The notes under the pieces were generated by a model. That model searched no databases. It saw only the letters and a list, made by a program, of their open reading frames with translations, and was not told where the DNA came from. 64,000 nt of DNA from an uncultured Gammaproteobacteria bacterium (GTDB lineage Bacteria; Patescibacteriota; Patescibacteriia; UBA9934). Positions 17,677-27,351 of the stretch are shown here, piece after piece. Where the stretch lies: the NCBI GenBank assembly GCA_964401485.1, contig CAYNYL010000006.1, positions 4,208-68,207 of the forward strand. Direction: 5' to 3'. Each line of letters opens with the position of its first letter. Position 1 is the stretch's first letter. The translations under genes were made by a program, and so were the position numbers.

Positions 17677-19707
17677 ATGCGCCTCCTCTCCCCCCTCTCT
17701 ACGACCCCATTTCTCCTCATTTTTGGGGTAGGAACGCTCCTAAACGGCCTTTTTTTGCGGTCCCCTGGGCTTGGGCTCATTTTTCTTATCGTTCTTGGTC
17801 TCGGAGCAGCAAAACGGCTCGGAAACCCCTTCGAGGGCGGGCTCATTCTTCTAAGTAGCATTATGCTCTTTTTTACGGGAGCATTCTACCTCGTCGACAT
17901 CCCCCGCCTTTTCTTTGCAGGAGCATTCCTCTTCTTCCTTTTTGGACTCATGCTTTTGCGACGCACAAGCGTCAAACGCGAATCGGAACGCGCCCCTCTT
18001 CTCTTTTATCCGCTCTGCCTCGCAACTGCCGTCCTCACCGCCCTCTTTTTCAATGCGGTCGCCCCTTTCGCAACGGAGCTTGCAACTCGCTCCCCTTGGC
18101 TCCTTCTCCCGCCATCAATCCTTCTTTATCCATTTTTCATCGGGATCCTTGCAACCATTACCGCCTTTGTCGCGGACGTGCGTCGAGGTGCGCTCCCGCT
18201 AATCCTTATTTCGGCGATCGGAACACTCCTCGCCTTCACCCTTTTCCCTCTCGGATACGGTTTTGACCCTTTCATTCACGAAGCAACGATTCGCCACATC
18301 CTTACCTTCGGAACGATTGATCCAAAACCGCTCTACTATATCGGACAGTACGCGCTCGAGCTTTTCCTTGTTCATCTTTTTGCGCTCGACCTTACGCTTC
18401 TCAACCAACTTCTCCTTCCGGTTCTCGCAATCCTCACCCTCCCGTTCGCGCTAAGCGCGGGGCTTCGCGGGGCTGGTGTAAAACAGGGGTTCGCTCTCCT
18501 TAGCCTCGTCGCCCTTCCATTCGGCGCGTTTATCATGACAACTCCGCAGGGGCTCGGCTATCTCTTTAGCGCCGTGATTTTATTTCTCACCCTTCCCGCT
18601 CTCGTCCGAGAACCACTCCCCGTACGACACGTAACGATCGCCCTCCTCGCGCTTGCGACACTCGCGATCCACCCGCTCGCCGGAATCCCAATCATTCTCT
18701 ATCTCGCACTCCTCTATACACGCACACGCATTCCACGCCTAAGCGCACTGATCGTTGTCGCTACTCCCCTTGCCCTTCCGCTCGTCTTCACTCTGCAAAG
18801 CGCTCTTTCGGGTAACGCAATCTCCATCCATTTGGACCGCATTCTCCCGTCGATTGCGTCCCTTCCTTTTGGATTTTTGACAACCCACTACGATCCGATT
18901 CTTGACCTACTCTATTTCTTTGGAGCGAATATTCTTCCGCTCCTGCTCCTCGTATCGCTTAGCCTTCTTTACACACTCCGCTCACACAAGGACCGCTCCC
19001 TTCTTCGAACCCCACTCCTCTTTGCTTTTCTTCTTTTCCTTTCCTCCCTCCTCCTTCGCGCCCTGTCGTTTGACTACCTCGCCGAACATGAACGTAACGA
19101 CTTTGCGGAGCGACTTTACGTCTTAATGACTCTGTTCCTTCTTCCGTCGCTCGCCGTTCTCTTTGATTCGATCCGCACCCGAATTCGCGGCCCTCTCCAT
19201 CTCACCGTCTTTACGCTCTTTGTTGCCACGCTGTTCACCGGAAACCTTTACCAAAGCTACCCTCGTCACGACGGGTATGCCCGCTCCGGTGGCTTTACGA
19301 TTTCGGCCTACGACCTCCTAACTGTGAGTGCGATTGAAGAAGATGCAAATGGCGCCCCCTACCTTGTCCTCGCAAACCAAGCCGTTTCCGCTGTAGCGCT
19401 TCGCGAATTTGGATTTAACAACCGCTACTACAACAACTCTTTCTTCTACCCGATTCCAACGGGAGGAAAACTCTACGAGCGCTACCTTGCAATGAATGAA
19501 TCTCCAACAAAAGAGAACGCAAAAAGCGCGATGGATCTTCTTTCGATCGACCGCGCCTACTTTGTCGTGAATGACTACTGGTGGGACAAGGAGCGTATTG
19601 TTGAGCAAGCAAAACTCGAATCAGATAGCTGGTTCGCAATCGGTGACGAACACCTATTTGTGTTTCTCTTTACGCGCGAGGAGGATTCGCTCGAATCGGT
19701 CCGTTAA
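17677..19707 (+). CDS. Polytopic membrane protein, possible GT-C glycosyltransferase
   Basis: More than 14 TMs, loop GYGFDPFIHEAT, soluble C-terminal domain; divergent from the GT-C gene. Confidence 0.6.
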   Translation: MRLLSPLSTTPFLLIFGVGTLLNGLFLRSPGLGLIFLIVLGLGAAKRLGNPFEGGLILLSSIMLFFTGAFYLVDIPRLFFAGAFLFFLFGLMLLRRTSVKRESERAPLLFYPLCLATAVLTALFFNAVAPFATELATRSPWLLLPPSILLYPFFIGILATITAFVADVRRGALPLILISAIGTLLAFTLFPLGYGFDPFIHEATIRHILTFGTIDPKPLYYIGQYALELFLVHLFALDLTLLNQLLLPVLAILTLPFALSAGLRGAGVKQGFALLSLVALPFGAFIMTTPQGLGYLFSAVILFLTLPALVREPLPVRHVTIALLALATLAIHPLAGIPIILYLALLYTRTRIPRLSALIVVATPLALPLVFTLQSALSGNAISIHLDRILPSIASLPFGFLTTHYDPILDLLYFFGANILPLLLLVSLSLLYTLRSHKDRSLLRTPLLFAFLLFLSSLLLRALSFDYLAEHERNDFAERLYVLMTLFLLPSLAVLFDSIRTRIRGPLHLTVFTLFVATLFTGNLYQSYPRHDGYARSGGFTISAYDLLTVSAIEEDANGAPYLVLANQAVSAVALREFGFNNRYYNNSFFYPIPTGGKLYERYLAMNESPTKENAKSAMDLLSIDRAYFVVNDYWWDKERIVEQAKLESDSWFAIGDEHLFVFLFTREEDSLESVR

Positions 19708-20871
19708 CCGCGACACGTAGTTCGAGAGTCCGTAATCGGATACCGTTGATTTAATCACCTCTTGCGATTGATAGTACAAATCGCGCTTCTCCATTACGTT
19801 TCTTACCGCTCGGCAATAATCCGCCAAATTCCCCGGTTCAAACATTACGCCGTTTTTTGGCTCCTGTATTAGTTCTCCAACTCCGCCAATATCCGCAGCA
19901 ACAACCGGAACCCCAGCCTGTAAACTTTCGTAAATTACCGTCGGGGAATTTTCATAGCAAAGCGACGGGACAACAAGCGCGTCCGCGATACCAAAGCAAC
20001 TTATGAGTTGGTCGATCGCGATATACCCGAGGTACGTAATCCGCTTATCCGCCTTTGCGGCCGCCGAAACCTCAGCGGAAAGCGTTCCTTCTCCCGCGAT
20101 AATAAGCTCCACTTCCGGCGGAAGCTCCTTCATCGCTTCAAGAAGAAGTCGAATCCCTTTGTGATACTCGAGCTGCCCAACAAAGAGAAGACGGAAATGT
20201 CCCTCTGGCTTTCCGGTACGAAGCACTGCCTGAAACTCCGGCGCTGGATTTGGAAGCACCTCTACTTTTGAATGTTTAAAAAATCCGTGCTTAAGATATT
20301 CATCCTTAAGAAATTGTGAGGGGAAAATAACAAGGTCTGGTTGGCCAAGAAGCATCCGACACACAAATCGATAGACGCCATATACAGGCGCGAAGATGCG
20401 TGGCTTCTTCTCTTCTCCTGCAAAGAGGAGCCCGGACGGATAGATGAGTTGGAGGTCATGCACGACGTGAACATGGGCGAGGCGCAGTTTTCGAATCGCT
20501 CCCGGAATTCGAAGACCGATACCTTTGAGATTATGTGTCACAACTACATCTGGCTGTTCGCCAGAAAGAATTTCTTCTACGCGCCTTGCCGGATAAGGAG
20601 AAAACGCGTCTATGATATGCCAAAGCAACCGCTTCAGGACGGGTTGCTTATAGTCATCAAGCAAATAGTAGAGATTTTTTGGATAGAATCGATAGACTGG
20701 TTCGGCATTTCGAGACGTTTCAATTGCATCATTCGCGGTTTTTCGGCGCGTTGAAATAACAAACGCGTCATGACCTCGTTCGCTCAATCCCTCAACCGTC
20801 CGTACAACAACGTGCTCGGCGCCACCTCGGACATAGGGAGGATAAAGATTCGATATAAAGCCAATCTTCAT
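19654..20871 (-). CDS. Glycosyltransferase family 4
   Basis: YPPYVRGGAE, FVGQLEYHKG, PSLCYENSP..YESLQAGVPVV. Confidence 0.92.
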   Translation of the reverse strand: MKIGFISNLYPPYVRGGAEHVVVRTVEGLSERGHDAFVISTRRKTANDAIETSRNAEPVYRFYPKNLYYLLDDYKQPVLKRLLWHIIDAFSPYPARRVEEILSGEQPDVVVTHNLKGIGLRIPGAIRKLRLAHVHVVHDLQLIYPSGLLFAGEEKKPRIFAPVYGVYRFVCRMLLGQPDLVIFPSQFLKDEYLKHGFFKHSKVEVLPNPAPEFQAVLRTGKPEGHFRLLFVGQLEYHKGIRLLLEAMKELPPEVELIIAGEGTLSAEVSAAAKADKRITYLGYIAIDQLISCFGIADALVVPSLCYENSPTVIYESLQAGVPVVAADIGGVGELIQEPKNGVMFEPGNLADYCRAVRNVMEKRDLYYQSQEVIKSTVSDYGLSNYVSRLTDRFERILLARKEKHK

Positions 20872-21917
20872 ATAACCTCGTTGTAACATGATTCTAGCCG
20901 ATCGAACAGCACGGCCGGCGCATAGCGCTCGCGAGCTCTCACCGAAGCATTTCGGCCAAGGAGCGCAAGGCGATCGGGGCTTGCGAGGACCTCGTTAAGA
21001 AGAACGGCGAGCCGATCCGCATCCGAAGGCGGGGTAATAAACCCGGTAACACCGTGTTCAACGACCGTTCGCACTCCCGGGAGATCCGAAACAATCGAGG
21101 GCGTCCCGCTAAGCGCAGACTCAACCGTCACAATACCGAATGCTTCCGCCTTTGTCGTCGATGGAAGAAGGTGCACCCAGGCTCGCCGATAGGCTTTCGC
21201 TTTATCTTCGTCGGACAGCGCGCCGAGAAAACGAACGCGATCTTGAAGCCCGAGACGCTTCGCCAACGTCTCAAACACCCCTCGCAAATTTCCGTCCCCA
21301 ACAAGTTCAAGAACAACCCCAGGGGTTGAAACATGGACCAGGGCACGAAGGAGAATCGGAATCCCTTTAAAATAATGTGCGCTATCCATTCCCCCGACAA
21401 ATAACAGTGTTGGTTGGCTCGCACGTTCAAGCGCATTTGGAAAAAAGAGATGTTCATCCGCTCCAAACGGAAGCTCAATAACGGACGGGTGCACCACCCC
21501 TTGTGCCGAAAGATAATCCGCACTACTTACAAACAACCGTTTTGCGGTGCGCAAAATTGGCCCCTCGCCAAGAATCCGACTAAGCCAAAAAATCCATCCC
21601 TTTATTCCAGTCCCGGTCGCGCGCATGTGAAACGTTGCAACAAGCGGGATTTTGAATAGTCGACAAGCAATCGCTGTAAACACCTGTGCCCCGTAAAACG
21701 GATAGTGAAGATGAACAAGGTCAAATGACCGCAATCGCCAAAGGAGACTAAAAAATAGTCGCGCGTTTCCAAAACGAAGCGCCACCCGATCGCTTCCCGA
21801 ATGAAAAACAACAACTTCGTGCCCACGGGCGCGTAGTGCCTCCGTGTAATCCTTTGCGACCTGACCAATTCCTCCTCGCTCCGGCGGATAGACGCAAACA
21901 ACCTGTGCGATTCTCAT
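20868..21917 (-). CDS. Glycosyltransferase family 4
   Basis: YPPERGGI, FVGG....FKG, EAFGIVTVESALSGTP. Confidence 0.92.
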   Translation of the reverse strand: MRIAQVVCVYPPERGGIGQVAKDYTEALRARGHEVVVFHSGSDRVALRFGNARLFFSLLWRLRSFDLVHLHYPFYGAQVFTAIACRLFKIPLVATFHMRATGTGIKGWIFWLSRILGEGPILRTAKRLFVSSADYLSAQGVVHPSVIELPFGADEHLFFPNALERASQPTLLFVGGMDSAHYFKGIPILLRALVHVSTPGVVLELVGDGNLRGVFETLAKRLGLQDRVRFLGALSDEDKAKAYRRAWVHLLPSTTKAEAFGIVTVESALSGTPSIVSDLPGVRTVVEHGVTGFITPPSDADRLAVLLNEVLASPDRLALLGRNASVRARERYAPAVLFDRLESCYNEVI

Positions 21918-21918
21918 A

Positions 21919-22995
21919 CTACCAACGAACAACGAATTGAATCCCCTTTGTTAAAAGCGTAAGTACTGGGTTCGCGAACCGTTCAACGATAAAACTCGAT
22001 TGCTCCTGCGCCTCGATGCGCCCCGAAAAAAGCGCGACAAGTTCGCGATCCGAAATCACACGAAGGCGCTTTGTGCGGGTGCGAATGGAAAAAATCAGCC
22101 GGTACGTACGAAGCCGAAGCCACTCACGCCAAGCCCAACGCTTCGCCGAAAACCACCCACCTTTTATCGCAAGAAGAGTCGTCGCCCCCTCGACCGCAAC
22201 CAAGATCGGTAAAACAAGAAGGAGCGTCAGGGGCTTCAAATATCCAAACAATACAACGTGGCGATAGAGCTCCATCCAAGCAAATTTTTTCGGGTTGCGC
22301 GTAAAGGCGTAGTCGTGGAGCGCCAGCGCCTTTGACGCGAGAACGTTACGATACCCCGCGATACGAAATCGGAGTCCCCACTCAAGGTCTTCGTGATACA
22401 TGAAGAACCGATCCTCGAGTAGACCCACCTCCTTAATCACGGAGGTCTTTACAAGAAGGGCCGCACCCGTCGCATACGTTACGTCCTCTACCTCTTCAAA
22501 CACTCTCTGCGAACGCTTCGTCCCATTATCACGCGCATACCCAAAACCAGCGATATGAACGATTCCCCCGCTCACGTTAATCACCTCAGGCGATTTCATA
22601 TGTAGTACGAGCGGTTGAACGCTCGCGATCTTCTCGTCCCCTTCCGCAACCGCCACCATTCGCTCAATCGTTTCAGGTTCTAAAACGAGGTCTCCGTTGT
22701 GAAGAAGAATGTACTCATACCCTCGCTCAATCGCCCAAGTGATCGCTAAATTATTCCCTCCCGAAAATCCGTGATTCTTTCCATCATCAAGAAGCACCAC
22801 TTCCGGTAAATCCTTCTTCGAGCGCGGAAGAAATTCCGTTTGAACGATCTCGCTCGCGTTTCCCGTCGATCCATTTGGAATACAAACAAATGTCAGAGCC
22901 TCTTTCGGGTAAGTTTGCGAAGCGATCCCATCCGCAACCATCCGCATGTACTCCTCGGCCCCATAACAAAGATAGAGGATGGCAACGCGCTTCAT
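21919..22995 (-). CDS. Glycosyltransferase family 2 (rhamnosyltransferase-like)
   Basis: NHGFSGGNN, TGAALL, FFMYHEDLEW. Confidence 0.9.
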   Translation of the reverse strand: MKRVAILYLCYGAEEYMRMVADGIASQTYPKEALTFVCIPNGSTGNASEIVQTEFLPRSKKDLPEVVLLDDGKNHGFSGGNNLAITWAIERGYEYILLHNGDLVLEPETIERMVAVAEGDEKIASVQPLVLHMKSPEVINVSGGIVHIAGFGYARDNGTKRSQRVFEEVEDVTYATGAALLVKTSVIKEVGLLEDRFFMYHEDLEWGLRFRIAGYRNVLASKALALHDYAFTRNPKKFAWMELYRHVVLFGYLKPLTLLLVLPILVAVEGATTLLAIKGGWFSAKRWAWREWLRLRTYRLIFSIRTRTKRLRVISDRELVALFSGRIEAQEQSSFIVERFANPVLTLLTKGIQFVVRW

Positions 22996-22996
22996 A

Positions 22997-23329
22997 TTAT
23001 TCTGGACGCTTAGCATCACGAATTGCGATCTCGCGCGTTAAATTCGTAATCTCTTTTCGGAGACTCTCTTGCTTCACCATGATTCGATAATTTACGTAAA
23101 ACAACAAGACGAGCGCGAGGTAGACAAGGAGATCCGCTCCCCGTCCAACTCCAACAAATTTTGCAACAATATCCGTCGATTCCGGTGTAATCGCAACGGC
23201 AATGACAAGAAGCCAGCCGATGCTCCAAATCGTCATCCACCACTTGCTTACCCGCTCTGCACGGAATTGGCGATAACTATGAAAAAGCGCAAAGACTGCA
23301 AACGTAACAAGAAGAATTTGAAAAATCAT
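22997..23329 (-). CDS. DUF2304-like membrane protein
   Basis: GVGRGADL and ITNLTREIAI; usual partner of DPM1-like GT2. Confidence 0.85.
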   Translation of the reverse strand: MIFQILLVTFAVFALFHSYRQFRAERVSKWWMTIWSIGWLLVIAVAITPESTDIVAKFVGVGRGADLLVYLALVLLFYVNYRIMVKQESLRKEITNLTREIAIRDAKRPE

Positions 23330-24009
23330 AGTTCATCAAAAAATTTATCATGGAAAAAATCCGCAAGGATCTTAAAGCCACCCATGAATGACTGTCCTTT
23401 TTTTAGCGTCTCGTCGGTATATCGGATCGTCACCGGTCGCTCAACGTACCTCAAGCGTCCAACAACAATCTCGTCGAGGATTTCGGACGCATGAGCCATT
23501 CGGTCGAGCGTGATACGCAACTTTTCCGCCGTCTTTCTTGAGAGCGCGCGAAACCCGTTGTGCGTATCGGTAAGTCGAATCCCAGAAATCAACATCGTAA
23601 AAAGAAGGGCCGGCTTAAGGGTTAACCACTTACGAATAAATGGCATCGACGTTCCTCCGCGAAGAAAGCGAGAACCGAGCACAATATCCGCCTCTCCCTT
23701 CGCGATCGGATCCACAAGTCGCGCAATCTCGTCACCCCGCATCTGCCCATCCGCGTCAAAATGAACGATAATATCCGCGTCGAGGTGCCGAAGCGCATAG
23801 TCGGTCGCCGTTTGAAGCGCCGCCCCCTGACCTCGGTTGATCGGATGACGAAGAACGATCGCCCCCGTCGAAAGTGCAACGTCACCCGTTTCGTCAGACG
23901 AGCAATCGTCAACAACGACAACAAAATCGACAAATGCCTTTGCATCCAAAATCGCCTCCCGAACCCTTGTCCCCTCATTATACGCGGGAATGACAGCAAC
24001 GATTTTCAT
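23326..24009 (-). CDS. Polyprenol-phosphate glycosyltransferase (GT2, DPM1-like)
   Basis: IPAYNE, VDDCSSD, NRGQGAA, FDADGQ, DTHNGFRA. Confidence 0.92.
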   Translation of the reverse strand: MKIVAVIPAYNEGTRVREAILDAKAFVDFVVVVDDCSSDETGDVALSTGAIVLRHPINRGQGAALQTATDYALRHLDADIIVHFDADGQMRGDEIARLVDPIAKGEADIVLGSRFLRGGTSMPFIRKWLTLKPALLFTMLISGIRLTDTHNGFRALSRKTAEKLRITLDRMAHASEILDEIVVGRLRYVERPVTIRYTDETLKKGQSFMGGFKILADFFHDKFFDEL

Positions 24010-24023
24010 AGAAAAACCGTAGC

Positions 24024-25025
24024 TTATTTCGGCTCCGTGGTCAATAATAGCTTGTTCGCACGGATATAATCGATCGTCTTCTTAAGCCCGTCATCCATCT
24101 TTATAAGCGGGGTCCAAGAAAGCGTCTCGCGCGCCTTCGAAATGTCGGCAACCCCCGTCTCGGGCGAAAACATCGGTTCCTCTTGGTAGCTGATCGTTGA
24201 GCTCGACTCCGTAAGCGCTACAATACGCTCGGCGAGCGCGCCAAGCGTCACCGGCGTATCCGATCCAAAGTTTACTGCCGAAGCGACACCATCCTCGCGC
24301 ATAAGCCGAATAAGCCCATTGATTAGGTCCGTAACATAGAGAAGCGAGGTCGTCGCGTCCTTCGAGCCCTTTACAATCACCGGTTCGTTACTTAACGCTT
24401 GAAGAATCATGTCTGGAATTTGGTGACCGTCAAAGACCGGCATACGGGGACCAAACGTACGGAAGATTCGAGCGATCGGCGCAACGATTCCGTAAAGATC
24501 CGCATAGGTTGCAAACATCGTTTCGGCAAACCGCTTCCCCTCGTCGTAACTCGCCCTCGCCGAGAGATGGTCAACAATCCCAAGATCATCTTCACGCAAA
24601 CGCCCATCGCCGTCTCCGTACACAACGGAACTCGAGCAAAGAAGAATCCGTGACTGATACTTCACCGCAACCTCAAGGAGATGATGCGTTCCGATAGAAT
24701 GAGATAGGAGCGACTCAAGACGGTGGTCCGGAAAATGCTCGATCGAGACGGGGGACGCGACGTGATAGATCTCCTGGATTCCATTATGTGCGATCTGAAA
24801 AGATTCAAGTTCAGGCTGTGTTTCTAGATCGAAGGGACGGTTAATATCCAACCGGAGAAACTGAAAATTCGGTTGACGAAGGAACGGATCAATATTGCGG
24901 ACATGTCCCGTTGTAAAATCATCAAGACAAATAACGCGATTCCCTTCGCGAAGGAGTGCCTCACAAAGGAATGACCCGATAAACCCCGCTCCACCGGCAA
25001 CGAGAACGATTTTTGATTGCTCCAT
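24024..25025 (-). CDS. NAD-dependent epimerase/dehydratase, UDP-glucuronate decarboxylase-like
   Basis: GGAGFIGS, YDEGKRFAET, RIFRTFGPRM. Confidence 0.88.
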   Translation of the reverse strand: MEQSKIVLVAGGAGFIGSFLCEALLREGNRVICLDDFTTGHVRNIDPFLRQPNFQFLRLDINRPFDLETQPELESFQIAHNGIQEIYHVASPVSIEHFPDHRLESLLSHSIGTHHLLEVAVKYQSRILLCSSSVVYGDGDGRLREDDLGIVDHLSARASYDEGKRFAETMFATYADLYGIVAPIARIFRTFGPRMPVFDGHQIPDMILQALSNEPVIVKGSKDATTSLLYVTDLINGLIRLMREDGVASAVNFGSDTPVTLGALAERIVALTESSSTISYQEEPMFSPETGVADISKARETLSWTPLIKMDDGLKKTIDYIRANKLLLTTEPK

Positions 25026-25026
25026 A

Positions 25027-26562
25027 TTACTTAGCTAATGAAGTTCGTTTTTTCATAATGCTTTTATCGACCGCGATAGGGGACTCGATAACCGCGCCTT
25101 CTCCAAACTTTGAAAAGTGCGTCGGCTCGACGTCGATCACGTAGTCCGCCCAGTCCGAGCCATACATTGCGATCGCCACTTCCTCCGTCTTAATGTGCCG
25201 TAAGTAAGGCCGATACGGGTTTTCCGGATTCTGCATCACGGCGAAGACCGCCGGCACCGATTGAATCTTTACGAGCACAACACCATATTTTGGAAGCGCG
25301 ATTCCTCCAAGATCGATCGCTCCAAGTTCCGCATCGGTTACAACTTCGACCGGGGAAAAGTCATCTTCCCACGTAAAGTAACTCTGACTGTTGATAAAAA
25401 TGTAACGCTTTCCCTTTACGACTGCGTAGACAGCGCTTGATCCGGCCGTGCGAATATAACGAGCGTCTTCCCCCGCCTCCTCCGGCGTCACAAATGATTC
25501 GCCTGCGGTCAACGCCTTTGCGACATTAAGTCGCCCCGCACCAAGATGCGCTTTCTCGGGTTCGGTATCCGGAATTGCATCAACGCCAGCCTCAAGCGCA
25601 AGGCGAACTCCGGTCGGAGTCAGATTCGGATACTTCGCGAGAAGAAGTGCCGAGGCGCCAACAACCATCGGGGCGGCAACCGATGTTCCCTGCCAACCAT
25701 TGTCGTAGAAATCATCATATCCGTTCACCGCGTCTTGGTATGAAAGTCCAAAAATCGACACTCCCGGCGCAACAAGATCCGTGCACTCCGATCCATAATT
25801 TGAAAAATCTGCTCGTTCGTCGCGACGATCACTCGCCCCAACCCCGATAACGTAATCATCCTCCCCGCTTCGCAAACAGACCGGATAGACCGTTTTATCA
25901 TTCGCGTTCACATTCGCATTCCCCATCGCCGCCACTATCACAACGCCGCTATGAAATGCATACGCGATCGCATCATTCAAAATATCATCCGACTCGTATC
26001 CCGAGAAACTTAAATTGATAATATCCGCGCCATTTGCAACCGCGTAGTAAATCGCATTCGCGACATCGGTCGAAGAGCCGGCTCCCGCACTATTTAGTCC
26101 GCGAAGCGACATAAGCCTCACCCTCCAGGCGATACCCGATGTCCCAACACTATTATTCCCGAGTGCCCCAACAATCCCCGCAACCATCGTCCCGTGCGTC
26201 ATAGCGATCGGATCGAGCTCATCTTCGGTAACGTCTGGTGTTGGATCATTATCATCTGAAACGAAATCCCACCCATTACGGTCGTCGATAAATCCGTTTT
26301 GATCATTATCGATTCCATCGATCGGATCATCGTTCACCCAAATATTTCCCGCAAGATCCGGGTGGTCAAGATCAATTCCGCTATCGATAATCGCAACAAC
26401 TACGCTCGACGCGTCTGTTTGCGTATCCCAAGCGTCAAAAGCGCCAATCTGCTCCAAATACCACTGATCCGATACGTTCGGATCATTCGATTCGCGCGCT
26501 AAAACCGGAGCACTAATCGCAAACTGACCAAGCAACAAAAGAGACGCGACGAATTGCTTCAT
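25027..26562 (-). CDS. Secreted subtilisin-like S8 protease with C-terminal shared surface domain
   Basis: Signal peptide; triad IIDSG, HGTMVAG, GTSVAAP. Confidence 0.93.
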   Translation of the reverse strand: MKQFVASLLLLGQFAISAPVLARESNDPNVSDQWYLEQIGAFDAWDTQTDASSVVVAIIDSGIDLDHPDLAGNIWVNDDPIDGIDNDQNGFIDDRNGWDFVSDDNDPTPDVTEDELDPIAMTHGTMVAGIVGALGNNSVGTSGIAWRVRLMSLRGLNSAGAGSSTDVANAIYYAVANGADIINLSFSGYESDDILNDAIAYAFHSGVVIVAAMGNANVNANDKTVYPVCLRSGEDDYVIGVGASDRRDERADFSNYGSECTDLVAPGVSIFGLSYQDAVNGYDDFYDNGWQGTSVAAPMVVGASALLLAKYPNLTPTGVRLALEAGVDAIPDTEPEKAHLGAGRLNVAKALTAGESFVTPEEAGEDARYIRTAGSSAVYAVVKGKRYIFINSQSYFTWEDDFSPVEVVTDAELGAIDLGGIALPKYGVVLVKIQSVPAVFAVMQNPENPYRPYLRHIKTEEVAIAMYGSDWADYVIDVEPTHFSKFGEGAVIESPIAVDKSIMKKRTSLAK

Positions 26563-26583
26563 ACGCGCCCATTGTATCACGGT

Positions 26584-27273
26584 TTATCTCAGTCCACACG
26601 TGACCCGCGCCTGCTCAAGGTCGTTACGAAGGGCGGTTTTCAGCTCTTCTTCATCGGTAAGGCGAATCGCATTCTCAAAATAGTCGTACGCGGTATCGCA
26701 TGAGCCGTACTTCAGCTCCCACTCCGCCAAATAGTACATAAACGTTGGATTTTGACCCTCCGCCTGTACAGCGAGATCGAGCAACGCCTTAACGTCATCT
26801 TTACGCTCGCCGTTAGGCGCCTGTTCTTCGATAATCTGGATAAGACTGAGAACATATTGTTGTGAAACAAACATCGAAAGCACTTGACGATAGGCACTCT
26901 CAGCCGTTCGCAAATCACCACGAAGGCGCATTACTTCCGCATACTGCGCCCAAGCGACATAGCTCACAGGACTAAGCTCGAGGTAAGTCTCGTACGTTTC
27001 GGCCGCTGATTTCAAATCCCCAAGGAGCTCATAGTCATAGGCGAGAACGGTATAAAGATCCCAATCCACTTCCCCGACCGACTCTTGCGCCTCGATCGCG
27101 GAACGCGTGACCGCTACACGTTGCTCAACAAGATCGCGCATCTCGGGCGCGAGTTCGATCTCGCGTGTATCAATCAACCCCGTCTCTTCAGGCTTCTTAT
27201 CGCGTGGGAGAATCAAAACCACGAGCACAATAATGACAGCCGGAATAATCCAAAATAGACGTTTTACGTTCAT
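26584..27273 (-). CDS. Membrane-anchored TPR-like protein
   Basis: N-terminal TM and helical repeats (LGDLKSAAETYE, RGDLRTAESAYR). Confidence 0.75.
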   Translation of the reverse strand: MNVKRLFWIIPAVIIVLVVLILPRDKKPEETGLIDTREIELAPEMRDLVEQRVAVTRSAIEAQESVGEVDWDLYTVLAYDYELLGDLKSAAETYETYLELSPVSYVAWAQYAEVMRLRGDLRTAESAYRQVLSMFVSQQYVLSLIQIIEEQAPNGERKDDVKALLDLAVQAEGQNPTFMYYLAEWELKYGSCDTAYDYFENAIRLTDEEELKTALRNDLEQARVTCGLR

Positions 27274-27303
27274 ATAGGCGCATCCTACCACGGCGAGCTA
27301 AAA

Positions 27304-27342
27304 AAACAAGAAAACCGAGAGGGCTACTCTCGGTTCTTGTTT
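27304..27342 (-). terminator. Intrinsic terminator
   Basis: AACCGAGAG-N5-CTCTCGGTT stem followed by T-rich tail on the minus strand. Confidence 0.8.
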
Positions 27343-27351
27343 GCTGTATTT

